Below are positions 26,462-42,192 of a stretch of 64,000 nucleotides of DNA, piece by piece. The position numbers were made by a program, and so were the translations under genes. The notes beneath the pieces are model-generated. The model was given only the letters and a program-made list of their open reading frames with translations, did no database searches and was not told the DNA's origin. How positions within the stretch are numbered: the stretch's first letter is position 1; each line of letters starts with the position of its first letter. This DNA is from Octopus sinensis (taxonomy: Eukaryota): the NCBI RefSeq assembly GCF_006345805.1, contig NC_043006.1:9114001-9178000 (forward strand), written 5' to 3'.

Positions 26462-26981
26462 CTAGCAGTATCGCCCGGCGTTGCTCGGGTTTGTAAGGGA
26501 AATAACTATATAAGCATTTTTAGAGAGTTATACCAAAAAAAAAAAGCATTAAAAATGGAATAAAAATTGATGATAATTTTTTTTAAATCGTTGACTCAGT
26601 GTCTTCAAGCCATGAAGTCGTTGTTCTAAAAGAACGGCTGGCTCCTTGACAACGCTTTACGACGTGATTTCCTTACACTCCCTTCCCCACAGCTTCACGA
26701 GGGAGGGAAGAAGGGGGAGAAGCAAACACAGGTGCAGGTGTTTGACCATGGACGCCAACTCCGCCGCCATCGACACACGAAAAATTATGCATTAAAATGA
26801 ATAAAAAATGCTGTTAAATTATTTTTAAAATCGTAGACTCATCGTAGACGCGCGCTAATACTCAGACGGGTTCGATATGAATCACGACTATAAGATACCC
26901 GGTTTTGGTTAAACTGCACCGCAAAATGTGGGAGGAGTTAGGAATCTAAATCGAAGGGGACAGACACTCACACAACTAGAG

Positions 26982-26985
<4 letters not shown>
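26462..26985 (-). mobile_element. Non-autonomous Helitron with internal duplication and 190-bp extra segment
   Basis: CTAG end with CCCGGCGTTGCTCGGG hairpin. Colinear with 56351-56650 apart from the extra segment at 26599-26788. Confidence 0.88.
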
Positions 26986-27012
<27 letters not shown>

Positions 27013-27733
27013 TGTGTATAAGGACATGTATTAATGTATCGCGAAACACACTCCTACAGCTATAAGTTACGATGGAGAAATGTGTGTTGAACGGTCTTCG
27101 TGTATGTGTTCGCATAAATGTAACTATTTCTGTTCCATATCCTTTGAATGATGGCAGGATGACAGATATGATTGATCTATTATAGGAAATAGGCTTAACT
27201 GAAAGCATGTAGTGCAAACCACTGAATAACGTTATCAGTTTCTATTATGCTGGATATAATTGGAAAAGGAAAACATAATCAGCTAATTAGGCGTCGTTGT
27301 TAGAGTCGTAGGTGTTTCTTTCCATAATCATGGCATCGCGGCTGACTTTCACGTGTGATATACATACATACATTCACTGAGACATGCGCGCAAGCACACG
27401 CACGCCCCTACCCCATACATACATACATACACACACACACATATATATATATATATAAATAAATATATATAGACATACATATAATCCCACATACCTATAA
27501 ACGGACATATATATGTATACACACACGTGTTTTATATATGTATATATATATGTATGTATGTATGTGTGTTTATGTGTGTATGTATATATTCACATATATA
27601 TATATATATTTATATGTATATAAGTATAATTATATATATATGCAAATAAACACAAACACACACATATATATAATATATATATATCTATACATATAATATA
27701 TGTATATATATATACACACATATATACACATAT

Positions 27734-27780
<47 letters not shown>

Positions 27781-29184
27781 TTATTTATTTAACCATGCCA
27801 TGCATATATATGCATGACGTGATTATGAACATATATTTGTGTAGTGTAAAATTTAGCACATTACCATAATCATGAACTACACGTACACCAGACACATACA
27901 CAGAAAATGAGTGAGAGAGATGAGGCGCGGGAGTTGAGGAATGAGAAAGTCTTAGTAATTGCTCTGTCGCCTGAAGGGTTGCATCTGCTGAGAAGATTTG
28001 AATAACAAACTTTGTACGTAAACATATCTTCTTGTGTGTGCATGTTTCGTTGTCAATGACTATGTGTATATTTGGCATAGCAAATATCTATAGTCACTTT
28101 GTCACAGTTTGTACTTCAACTGAAAATCTGTGTCATTCCCAGTCGCATTCTAATATGAAACCTAATATAACAATATTCCTGTCAATATATAAAACACACG
28201 TACACGTGTTTGCGATCGTGCGCGCGTGAGTATGCATATGACACTACGTGAAGCGAAATCAAACAGATGAAAGTTGAAAATGTATTGATAAATATACAGC
28301 AAAGCATATGTGGAAATTGTTGTACGGAAAAACTATTTTCTGGAATACAAAACTAAGGCAGACATGAATTACCTTGTCTGGCTCTAATTAGATATGAATA
28401 TAATTGAAAAGTTATATGAAATGGATACTCACACATGTGCCAACGACATTCTTGAAACATGTAAGGAATTGAATGCATGTACAGGCTATGAATTATTAAT
28501 TTGTAATTCTTCTTTCTTGATTTGTTAGTTTATTACCCTAGCAGTTTAGCTCCAGAAGAAACTCTAATAGTGAAGAGCCACGATCAAATTGATACATGCT
28601 GTTATTTATTTCATTATTCATATCAGACTTCTATATGATACGTTACTTTTTAAACAGAAATCCGTTTGTAATTTGTGAAATATCTCAATCAATTCTGCAA
28701 GTGATTTCTCTGTTGTATTACTGAATTCGTTGTTGGAGTGCCATAATTTACAGACTTTAGTATTTTTGAAAAGCGTTAGATTAATAGAAACAAGTAGAGT
28801 ACTTTAGAAAAACCATATTGATGTTTTTTTTATGCCTATATAATGTCTCTTTAAATTGTAAAAATGATAATTTTATATTTCACCACGTTGTGACCTGTTA
28901 ACTGAATACCAGTTGCAATGAAGATGTAAAATACGTTAACGTTGTGTTTCCACCAACTTGAGAGATAGAATCACATTTAATTTAATCTACCTTTCCAATA
29001 GCAGAGACTTTGTTATTGTTGGTAGTTCCGATCCACTGTCAACGTTTGTCTCCAAAAAATTTCTATATTTGCTGCATTTATATGTAATTCTAACCGGGTT
29101 GCACATGAAGAGCTATGGAATTAACATTAGATTTTTATTATTATAAGCATCACGAAGGGGGCTAGCTTGCCAATGGACTTCGTA

Positions 29185-29380
29185 CACAAAAACTGAAAGA
29201 AGACCGTCATATGTATGTGTATATTTGTGTATGTGGTGGGTGTTTCTGTCTGTATGTGTGTACACCACTATAGCATGACAACAGATGTTGCTGTGTTTAT
29301 GTCCCATAACTTAGCGGTTCGGCAAGAGACCACGAAAGAATAAGAACTAGGCTTACAAAGGACACATCATGGGGTCGATT
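29185..29380 (+). mobile_element. SINE family D, central/3' partial copy
   Basis: AAACTGAAAGAAGACCGTC...(TG)n...GTCCCATAACTTAGCGGTTCGGCAAGAGACC...CTAGGCTTACAAAG...GGGGTCGATTT. Confidence 0.7.
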
Positions 29381-30651
29381 TACACACGTGCCATGTTGAA
29401 ACATATGTAGCTATACCTTATTAATAAGATAAAAAAAATTCCATGCGAAAAATTTGTTGCCATTTGTATAGTAATACACATATCTATATATACACTCACG
29501 CACACACTTAAATGTTCATACATATATTTACATATATTGAAAAAAATAGGATAACATCTTTATAAGAATTTATCAAATAGTTAGCATGAAAAACCCCAGA
29601 AGCTAAAAATCCATCAATTATTCCTCTTAAATATATTTATTTATTTTAATGGCATTTCTATACCGGTAAAATTTATTATGGTTTTGACTTTAAGAGTCCC
29701 TCCTAGCATGATACATTTATGTATAGTAATGTCCTTAATATATATATATATATATATGTATATGTATGTGTATATAAGTTCTTAAGTATTTGGTACAGCT
29801 CAGAGCAAAAAGGCACGGACGGGAACACTCATAATCGCAGTGTAGAAATTGATATTACCTAAATAACTTTGAGTAATATATGTACGAATATAAGTAACAG
29901 GGAGAAGTTACAAATTTGCAATATTCGCAGGAGTAAACAGTTCTCTACATATGCTATAAAGCAAAGAAATCGCCTTGTTTTCTATACTCACAAAGCAGAC
30001 CTGGTGCGAACTAACCAGAATATCTTTTAAATATTTCTAGAATCAACAGCATACTACTACTTATTGAAGTTTCTAATCACGATATTTCGCATACAATTGA
30101 AAATATTTTAGAATTTCAGTTGCTGACAGGTATTGAAATTATGAAGTCAGATGTTAGACATCCGTATAGAAAGTCGAACAAATAAAAGGCCAAGTATTTA
30201 CATAATACCGTTAACCATCTCAAAGTAAATTATAAAAAGTTTTCAGGTGTATTCTACGCAAGCATTACAACTTCGACTTCTCTGCGAAATGGAATATGCA
30301 GCGTTTATTTAGACTATGCTTCAAATTGCAAATATTTCGACATAATATGGCCTCTTCAACATAAAAAAATCGCATTTTCTCTGGAGTAAATACGCTCGTG
30401 ATTTAGGAAATGTTAGTGAATCACAAACATATTAAGAGAACAAACTATACTGAGAATCATTTTACATAAAAATTTAATAGTGACGATATTTGGAGTTCCG
30501 AGTAAGGTTTCAAGGCAAGTGGAAGTACTTCAAGATATCATTTAAACGTATCCATCAATCAAGAATGATGGAGGAAGAACCTAAAATATAACGTTAAAAA
30601 TACGAATATAAATCAACAACATATATACACACACACACACAAACACATGTA

Positions 30652-30689
<38 letters not shown>

Positions 30690-30757
30690 GGGGGGGTATG
30701 AGTATGTGTATTATATAAACAAATACACTTATATGTATGCGTATCTGAATATAACAC

Positions 30758-30796
<39 letters not shown>

Positions 30797-31073
30797 TATA
30801 TATATATAATATATATGTATATATATATATACGTGGGTGTGTGCATGTGTGTGAGTGTAAATGAATATATGAGTGCCCGTACATCAAGAAAATAATTTTA
30901 AGATAAATATAGCCTCATGAAATAACTTGCACGCACATTCAGATGGATATATATATGCATGAATAATTACAAATGCTCGGATCCCTACAGACGCAATGAC
31001 TTGCACGAATATTGGCACATACATACACACTAACACACACATATACACATGTATATGTATGAATAAAAATATG

Positions 31074-31127
<54 letters not shown>

Positions 31128-31305
31128 TTACACACATATATATATATATATACATATATATATGTATATGTATATGCATAGATATTCTTTGCATGTTACA
31201 AATCTGTAATACCTTCCAGTTATAATGAGTCTTCATGTCAGTATTCTAAACGTTTTAGCATGTTATTTAATTCCACAGAGGTATATGTGGCTGACCATGA
31301 TGCTG

Positions 31306-31342
<37 letters not shown>

Positions 31343-31894
31343 TATTGTGTATATGATATGATGTGTGCATAAATTGCAGATGGACAGACAGATATATACA
31401 GAGAATGAAAGGGGGAGAGAGAGAGGACAAAGGAGGAGTGGATGAATGGATGGATGGATGGATGGATAGATGATAGATATATGCGTGCATATACTATTTT
31501 CTAATCCAGTACCAGAATTCTTTTCTGGGCAGTTACGTATTATATTTATTTCAATGTATTTCTATACCATAAAGCAATTGAACTACAAATGATAAATTTG
31601 CAAGCTAAAATATTATGCTATAAAAAGAAACAGTTGAAAATAAAACGTTTCAGACATTTGCCATTCACCAAAAAACAACTTGGAGGAATGAGAAACTAAA
31701 ATATTTCCAAGTGAAGGAAGAACCTCGAAAGACTTACGACAGATGCATCTAACTAAATAGCGTTGCTTGGTTGCAAAAGAATAAGAAGCAATTTAAAATT
31801 ATCATTTTTTGTTATTTACGTGGATATTAACTCTCTTGTGGTGCCTGCACGTATATCTCTGTCGTGGGGTTGTTGTGTGTGATTGTATATAGCA

Positions 31895-31950
<56 letters not shown>

Positions 31951-32744
31951 TATATATATATATATATATATATACCACTTGTCTTGTAAATTTGCTAGAC
32001 CGAAACTGATAGAAAAAACTCGACACGGGATTTCATTTAAATGATTCCATGATATAGTCGTTATCAGATCTTCTTAACAAACTGAAGGTCACAAGTTCGC
32101 TCTAAACAATTAGATTTTTATGATGTTGCTCCATCATGGGTGCAGGCAAATGGCTGAAACAAGTAAAAATAATACATGTATGTGTGTCTGTCTGCGTGTG
32201 TGTGTAAGTATATCTTTGTATGTGTATGTATATGTACACTTATACATATATATACTTACGTGTGTCTTTCTGTCTGTGTTTTTCTCCCATTGCCACTTAA
32301 TAACTGGTGCTGGTGTGTTTACATAACCGCTAGCTGGCGCTTCGGCAAGGAGGTCGATCGAATAAGTAATAGGGTCTAAAACATATAAGTACGTGGCTCA
32401 ATCCTTTAGGCTATGGTTTGTCAAGGCAGTTCCTCTTTTATATTGTGTCTGTGCTTATTAGTTTATTCTCAATATAGATTCTATGCAGACCTTCTGCCTA
32501 GAGTAGAAAGAATGTATATTCTATGAATTCAAATGATTTTTCAAGTCTTGTTTTGACATCTTTACGCCTATCTACTCGTGCATCTGGTTTCGTGTTTCGC
32601 CATATATTTTATCCTACCCCCAAATTATACATATATGCACATCACAGCATTTTTGAAGCAGTGAAATGTATTGAAACTAGTTTGTGCATTTATATATAGG
32701 CAGGTATATGTTCCTCCCAGAGGTATGGCTGCTGTTTTTCTTCA

Positions 32745-32891
32745 TATCATCGTCATCATCATCATCATCACCATCGCCACCACCATCATCATCATCATCC
32801 TCCTTATCACCATAGCCATCATCATCATCATCATCACCAACACCACCACCACCGTCATCATCATCATCATCATCATCATCACCATAGCCAT

Positions 32892-32929
<38 letters not shown>

Positions 32930-32935
32930 CCATCG
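32745..32935. repeat. (CAT)n/(CAC)n trinucleotide array
   Basis: Directly visible; source of the poly-I, poly-D and poly-M ORFs. Confidence 0.95.
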
Positions 32936-33659
32936 CTTATATTGTTGTTGTTTATATTAATCATTATTCTAATCCGTGTGAACCTATTTTCGGGAGGTGC
33001 CAGAATGTCGTAACTGTGTTGGATTATTCAACGTGTTGGAGGAACTCATCTAAGAATCCTTGGTGTTGGTAAAGTTAACCACGTATTTAACACTTCTGAT
33101 TGACTTCGATGTTATAGAAACAATAAGTTAAACGTTATGCATATAGATATATACACATACAACGCTATAGATATGTATGAATACATGACTGCATGTATGT
33201 ATACATGCGTGGGTTTGTGCGTGTTTGTTTTCAGATGCATATGCGTCTTTATCGTTCCCTCTCACTTTCTCATGAACACACACACACACACACATGTATA
33301 TATATATACACACATCTATACCTGTCTTGGGGTTCGGCGAAATCTTCAGAAGCATGAGAGCGGTCTCTCTACCATAAAACATATTGCCTTATCTACGTAT
33401 ATAGATTGCTCTCTGGCCAATCAATTCTACGTATTCAAGTTTTTTACGAAATACAAACACCTTTCATGAAAGATATGAGATATTGCAATGCATTTCTAGT
33501 TAAGGAATGTCAATATGTAATCCCTGTCACAATGCCATTCAATTAATTGTCCTATATGTGTGTGTGCGTGTGTATGTATGTGTGTGGACGTGTGTGTGAG
33601 TGTGTGTGAATGTGTGCATATTTACATTTGTATGTTCGTATGTTTGAGTGGTAATATAT

Positions 33660-33704
<45 letters not shown>

Positions 33705-35732
33705 TGATGTGTGTTTTTGTGTGTGCTTGTGAGTTCGTGTGTGTGTGTGTTTGTGTGTATACATGTTAATCTGTATTTTACTATCAGGTGTAGTTCTTTG
33801 CGCGTTGTAGCATGTTTACACCCTCGAGTGTTTTCTATTTCGAAACCACATTGTTAACTTTATTTCTCAAAAAATATGTTACAGGAAAATGTAAAACTAA
33901 ATTGAACGAAAATTAGAAAAAAAAACAATAAAACAATAAACCCCCGTTTTAAAGAAAATTCTTAACATCTCACTTCTTTTATTTTTTTCTATAATAGTTC
34001 TAGCCAATTCACAGCGCATAGATTGCTATTGGAGTCACGTTGGATTTGATTTGTCTTGACTGTTCATGAACTCATAATCACATTTGAATGCATGTACACG
34101 TTGCCATAAGTGGGAATGTGTCGCTATAATGGAAACTTCGCTTAAGAATATCTTTTATTTTATCGCTCTCTTTTAGTCTTTGAGTTGGAATTGAAAAAAT
34201 TACTTTATGTGAACGTACACGTCATCTGGTGTTTTTGGAAAATAACTCATATATTCTTCAACGTTTCGTCACAAATTTGGTCCTATCTGATGCTCAATAT
34301 TGGAGAGGGGATAAAATGGAGACAGCTTGATAAATATCTGTCTGGCATTAGACGCACACTACTGAAACTTATTTATGGTTATTTCATAGTAAGATTTATG
34401 ATACACAGCTTTTGGAAATGATTAACTACACAACGCCCAAACTTTCATCCCAACAGAAAAATCAATAAGTTTTGATCCGACCATATTTTCTTCCATCCAA
34501 AATGCCAAGCGAAATTTAATATTCTTTCCAGACTTGCACCCGTCTGTCAAATGATTTCATCTGGTTGAAACTAAAGCAATTATTTGCAAACAAGACATAG
34601 TAACCATGCAAAAAACATGTAAAAAAATGTTAATTTCACCAAATCGTTTCTTAAATCGAGTCAATATTTTCGTCTCATTAAATGCAGCCTGGTCAATAAC
34701 ACGAAATAATAATTGATTAGGTGAAGTTAACAGACCTATGTGTGTTATTTATTTTTTGAATGTCAACAATATAACTTTCACAATGTATTAGCGTTAAATT
34801 TTGAATTTGATAAATTATCCACTACCAGGTGGCATATTTCTCTTCAATTCTACAAATTTGTCATTGTAATAGTAGCTAAATCTTTATTATTGCTTCATTT
34901 TTATCTCATTTTACTCCATTCAACTATTGCTAACGGAATAACTATTAAAGACGAAGGAGTCTGACCGTTGAACGGTTTCTATTTTTCTTATACAAGATAT
35001 ATGGAGATTTAGGAATGATTTATTCTATCGTCACGTAAAGCAGGTCGAAGAATCGATCAACTGAAATCATAATTCTTATCAAAGATTTACTAGTTTTGAA
35101 CTAGTATTGATTAAAAAATTACGTGTAATGTTAAGTATTTAAAAATCGAAGAGGCAATCTATAAAATGTTAGAAGTTGCTGCTCGTTACTTTACGTTACG
35201 TTTTTACATTATATTTAATATTCCCGAGTTCTGTTTTATAAAATGCAAATGTTCCTTGGCCGGATTTCAAATCAGGAATTAAATTGACAGAACTAAATAG
35301 ACTGAAATGATTAAGATTCTGTTTTTATTCCAACAGAACACTTTAATGTCAGAAACATATTGAAGAATTTGCAACAAGCAAAGTAGTTTTCTTCGAAAAT
35401 CTCTATACGAGATGAAAATAGTAACTATACTTAGAATCTATGTTTATCGCCACATCAATATGGCTGTTCTGTAGGATCCAATGTTGCTACGACATTTAAC
35501 CACTCCAAGAGGATCCTCCTCCATCTGGTTAAAGATGCAAGCTGCACCCAAAATATATTACGAGCAAACCCCTGCCATTTTCCAACAGACGACTAGACTG
35601 CAAGACCGTATGGTTTGGAGCTATTTATGCCCATTCCCAGTGGTTGACATCAGTCCGCTAGTCATAGCAGTAATTCGCTCTCGCTCGCAATATGTAGAGA
35701 TATAAGTGTCAATCACTTAGGAAGCCTGTAAT

Positions 35733-36672
<940 letters not shown>

Positions 36673-37146
36673 GGCATGTATGTTGATCCCTCCAGAAATG
36701 GGGTCTCTTCACCGGACACCATACAAAAGACATACAACCCAATATGAAGATTACGATTGCATTCAGAAATAAAATATATTTCAATAACCATGTTTATAAC
36801 GCAAAATATTGATTTTATTGATTGAACTGACTGAACTGATTGAACTGATAATACCCCTTGGACTCCAGGTATTCTTCTCTTTTGTTATTGATTTGCTCTC
36901 TCTCTCTCTCTCTGTTACATTATAATTTTCACTGGATCTACCTCGGGACAATCCGCAGTGTATGCTGAGTTTATAGCTGATAAAGGAAACGGAAGATAGA
37001 TTTAATAAGAATCTTTATTCAGCACGATTATCGCTTCAACCCATCCTACATCTGTCCAGTAGCAGGTAGGATATTGTGCATCTGTTTGCGTGGACGAATA
37101 AGCGCCAAAAGACATTCGATGAAATGAAAAGTATTTTAATTTCTGT

Positions 37147-38585
37147 TGTTACAGATACCAGTGAGTTCGGTGTAGGAACTATTTCTCTGCACAAATATGA
37201 CGTTGGCATTTAAAAGTCTATAGCTCATGCGTCAAAGTCGTTATTGTCAGCTGAAACGAACTATAGTCAAATAGAGAAAGATGCATTGGCAATTATATTT
37301 GATGTCAAGAATTTCCATAGATTTATCCATGGAAGACGTTTTTGTTTGCTGACAATATACGGTCCCCCATAAAAAAGAAATCACAACCCACACAGTAAGT
37401 AGATTACAGCGATGGTGTGCTATACTATTAAGATATGACTACAGAAGGTAGAAATTGTAGCTGGTAAAGGAAACGGAAGATAGTTTCAGTAAGAATCGCT
37501 ATGCTGCACGACTATCGCCTAGATCCAACTTACATCTGTCCAGTAGGGATATGATATTGTGCATCTGTTTGTGTTGCATCTATCAGTAAAGGCTGTCACC
37601 TCAGGTGCTTTGTTTACGCCGAGAGAATGGAGTATTTACCGTCGAAAAAACAAGGCTTGTCCAGATTGATACCAAACCACGGCCGAACGATTTGAAGGAT
37701 ACGGTAATCACATGTCTAAGAGATGAAGGGGAAATGAAGAACAAGATGTGGAACTTGGTACAAGAGTTGCAATGACTTTGGGGGATATAAAGCGAAATGC
37801 AGTAATAGGCAAGTTTATAAAAGAAACAATAACACTGTGATCAACAAAAGAGAATAGAAGCAGGTTTGGTGCAAAACGAAGACAAGACGTGAACCTATAC
37901 CCAATGAGTGATGGCGTACGGATGTATGCACAGGAAGTAGAGATACCAGAAACACTACAAAAGAAAATGTTGAGAGAATTTCACGTAGGACATCCTGGTG
38001 TTTCAATGAGGAAAGCACTAATGCGCAGTTATAAATTCTAATAATGGACAGAGAAATAGAACATTTGGTGAAAAACTGTACAGGATATGCTCTAGCAGCA
38101 AAATTGCCCATATAAAAAGTGAAACATTACCAAAAGTAGATGTTCCGTGGTCGAGATTACACATCGATTTCGCTGGTCCTTTAAAAGTTTTTTAATACAT
38201 AGTGGTAGTTGATAGTTCTTAGAAATGGCCAGAAGTTTGTAAGTATAAAAAACCAACCTCATGAACTGTTAAATCTCTTACACGGATTGTTTGCAAGATT
38301 TGTCATCCCAGAGAAGACATTGTCTGACATTGTGTCTACCGATGTTTCAAACTTTTGAGAAACGTTCGCGGTAGAACTTATAATCACGGTGCCATGCCAT
38401 CCCAGATCAATTGGACAACCAGAAGGCTTTGTTGATACCTTCAAAAGGACTGTTAGAAAATTGAATAAGGGATTCACGGATGAGTTAGCTTTCCAATTTT
38501 TAAGACTGTACCTTGTGTCACTAAATCCGAATACACGAGCATTTGGCTCACCAGCGGAGCTGATGTTTGAAGGGAGATAAATTCA
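37147..38585 (+). mobile_element. Ty3/Gypsy pol relic (RNase H + integrase)
   Basis: TDTSEFGVG...HASKSL..AETNYSQIEKDALAIIF; LQRWCAILLRYDY; HVGHPG...C; PWSRLHIDFAGP...VVDS..KWPEV; HPRSIGQPEGFVDTFKR; SPAELMF. Confidence 0.9.
37447..37623 (+). mobile_element. ~180-bp insertion into the Gypsy RNase H region, AGAA TSD
   Basis: Removal restores TAT GAC TAC AGA ATG GAG TAT (YDYRMEY). Segment 37458-37573 is homologous to 36974-37091. Confidence 0.65.
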
Positions 38586-38673
38586 AAATTCAAAAATGAG
38601 AGGTGGAGGTGAACAGAAAAAAAATATTGTTAAATAAAATGACACTTCCTCAGAAAAATCTTAAAAGGGAAGT

Positions 38674-38855
38674 TGTTGGGAATTAGTAATAATGATACAC
38701 CCATTCCACGTGACGAATGGAATAAAGTAGTTACTATAAATAAAGGAAAGTACGAGAAGTACAAGAGTATGTGGTAGGATGTCAGGGATAGTCGTGTCTT
38801 TACTAGTTTTACTAAGCATACACTATATCGAATTGGGTGTTATAATAATTCAACA
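38674..38855 (+). repeat. Putative 3' LTR of the Gypsy relic
   Basis: Purine tract AAAAGGGAAG, then TGTTG...CAACA terminal inverted repeats. Confidence 0.55.
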
Positions 38856-40049
38856 CTTTAAGGACTACAGCAGAAACATATATCAAAGCATATGAGATAT
38901 AATACAGAAGTATGTGATCTCAAACAAATGAATGTCAAAATGTGTGTAAACGCCATCGCTACCGCATTTATATTGTCTACGTTACAAGGAATGTGCTTGG
39001 TGAAATTGTTTTGAGGAATTATAATACCGATCGTGGTTAGTTTGATATGGAACTAAGTGCGAACACCGTTGGGCAAGAGATAAGACACTGGCCAAAAGAT
39101 AAGGTACAGAAATTTCTAACCAATTATGACACTTGTATCGCAGTAATGACATTAATTAATTTATATAATTGAACTCAAGAAGAATTTCTCCATTGGTCGA
39201 ACTGAGCCAATTTTTTCCAAAATCACATCCTGCCAAATTTTGGTGGTCTTCAGGAAAAGTCACAGTAGGTAATTAATAATCTAAGAGTCTCGCCTCGGGA
39301 GGTCATACGGGTAATTGTTCTTTAATGATTTTCCAGATACAGACGAAAATTGTAAAGCCATTTTCGAAATAGCTTTTTTCCCCAGAGAGAAAGGAAAACA
39401 CTGGCTTAAATTTATATGATTTCACTATATTACGCGCACTGAAGCGATTGTTGTTGGGTTAATGTACTTTAAATAATTATTTACCAGATAACAATGACAG
39501 TCAAGACATAAAAATGGAGCGCAAATGCAAGAAGTGGAAAACCGTTTAATATATACATTAAATATAAGCATAGAAACGGAGGTGAAATCAAGACAACAAC
39601 TAACAGATAAAAAGTCATTCCACGAACACATTTTACAAAATCACTATATTTCTCGTCTCAATTATTTTCGTAAATAATGAAGCTCACATCAAAATATTCA
39701 GTTATGTTTACGTGTACGTCTACTCATATAGACGCACTTATCTTAACTTTTCATTTTTGCATACACATATATCACGTAACAATTGTCAAGTATTATTTGT
39801 AATCTACGAAATCAAGTCTACAGCTTCTATGTAAAGTGTTCAACGCGTGGCAAACCAACACGTGGGATTGGTTACTGTTATGATTAATACAGCAGAAACA
39901 ATGTAAACTCTGTCCTCTCGTGGGAAATGTGTTTTCTATATTGTCAGATTCGTTTTTCCTCACCCGTTCATTATATATGCGCATGTGTGTGTATATACAT
40001 ATATACACACATGCACAATTACATATACCCACATGCATATATATCTATA

Positions 40050-40088
<39 letters not shown>

Positions 40089-40096
40089 TTATAATT

Positions 40097-40224
40097 GGCG
40101 GCGAGCTGGCAGAAACGTTAGCTCGCCGGGCGAAATGCTCAGCGGTATTTCGTCTGTCGTTACGTTCTGAGTTCAAATTACGTCGAGGTCGACTTTGCTT
40201 TTCATCCTTTCGGGGTCGATAAAT
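40097..40224 (+). mobile_element. SINE family B, 3'-truncated at (TA)n
   Basis: GGCGGCGAGCTGGCAGAAACG...TTTCATCCTTTCGGGGTCGATAAA. Confidence 0.88.
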
Positions 40225-40259
40225 ATATGTATATACACACACACGCACTTATATATATA

Positions 40260-40310
<51 letters not shown>

Positions 40311-41134
40311 ATTGTGCTGTGTGTATATATCTATATACACATACACGCACATATATATAGTAATTAATATGTGTATGTGTGCGTGTGTATATATGTATAT
40401 ACACACACGCACATATATAGTAATATGTGTGTGTGTCTGTGTGCATTGTCATACTTTTGATTTATGGTTCTGTTAACCTTAAAATTATTTTGCTGGTGTG
40501 AATATTTCTGTACTCTTCTAGTTGTAGTCCGTACGAAACACATGTGGTACGTTAGATCAGAGATTTATGGAAATATTTGACAGTTTAGAATTAGACAGTG
40601 TACATGTATTTCTGGTGAGAATATGCATTTGTGTATGTGTATTCGTTTTAATACAATTTTCATTGAACATCGAGAATCTTCAAAAGTGTTCGGTAAATAT
40701 TCAAAGATCAATTATTCGAGGCATACTACTGGCGTCGAAAGCTGATTTCGCATTTAATCGCTTACTAATGTTCACAACAGCTGTTACAGCACCGTGGAAA
40801 TATTGTCCTCCAAATCGATGTCTAAATTTTCAAATTCAAAACAGTATACGCTGCTTTTGTAATGACATTCTAGTTATAGCGTAACGTAATACAGTGTATA
40901 AACATATGTATATATAATTACATATACTTTATTATCATCATTTTTGCTTTATTTGTTTCAGTCATTTACAGCAGCCATGACTTATTCTATTATACTCTTA
41001 TGCCGAATAGCTAGGTGACGGGGTCGGAAAATCAACAATACCGGTTGTCAAGAGATGGTGGTGGTGGTGGTGGTGGGGGAACAAACACAAGCATAAAGAC
41101 ACGCAAAAATATATATATATATATATATATATAT

Positions 41135-41260
41135 ACGATAGGCTTCTTTCGGTTCCCGTACCTAATCCACTCACAAGGACTTGGTCGGTCCGCGTCTATA
41201 GTAGAAGACATTTGCCGAAGGGGCCATGCAGTGGGACTAAACCCAGAGCCGTATGCTTTA
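41135..41260 (-). mobile_element. SINE family D 5' half
   Basis: Reverse complement GGGTTTAGTCCCACTGCATGG...TTCTACTATAG...GTGAGTGGATTAGG...GAAAGAAGCC. Confidence 0.8.
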
Positions 41261-41290
41261 GAAATAAAATTGTTACAATACAAGTATATG

Positions 41291-41323
<33 letters not shown>

Positions 41324-41402
41324 GTATATATTATATATATATATGTTATATATTAATGTATATATATGTTATATATATATGTATATATATATATATGTAT
41401 AT

Positions 41403-41433
<31 letters not shown>

Positions 41434-41444
41434 GTATATATATG

Positions 41445-41514
<70 letters not shown>

Positions 41515-41516
41515 AG

Positions 41517-41557
<41 letters not shown>

Positions 41558-42044
41558 CACACAACATACACACACTCCATCGTATGTAAGTATATACACA
41601 AAATAAACCTGAGTGAGAGAGGCGAGTACGCATCCATAGGCTTATGAACACCTCCACAACCGCACCCGAGCGTCCACATATATCATTATACTTAGGAAAA
41701 AGAGAAAAAAGAGTATACTTTTTTTCTGTTTTTCTCTTTTATGCAAGAAATGCAAAAGCAGAAAAAGTATGAGGGGACTACGAATGGAGTAGAAAAACTT
41801 ATGAATGTACGCTGAAACATAATAGTTACAAATACATTAGAAATATCGGAGCAGAGGAGATATATGAAGAATAACTATGGATATATCGGGGAAGGATCAC
41901 ATGCATTTGCACGATAAGAGTGTTTGACGTAAGTTTTATTTGCATTCATTCACATACACACACTCATATACAAACACAAACACTCACACATAGACACTAA
42001 CTCACACATAATTACATACATACATACATAAATAAATACATAGA

Positions 42045-42047
42045 TAA

Positions 42048-42118
<71 letters not shown>

Positions 42119-42124
42119 GATATT

Positions 42125-42190
<66 letters not shown>
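42045..42190. repeat. (GATA)n array forming the tail of the family E copy
   Basis: Directly visible; adjoins 42191. Confidence 0.95.

Positions 42191-42192
<2 letters not shown>

Noticed and set aside
32671-33072. Poly-Ile, poly-Asp and poly-Met ORFs
   Set aside because: All arise from one (CAT/CAC)n array in different frames, with no flanking domain or splice support.
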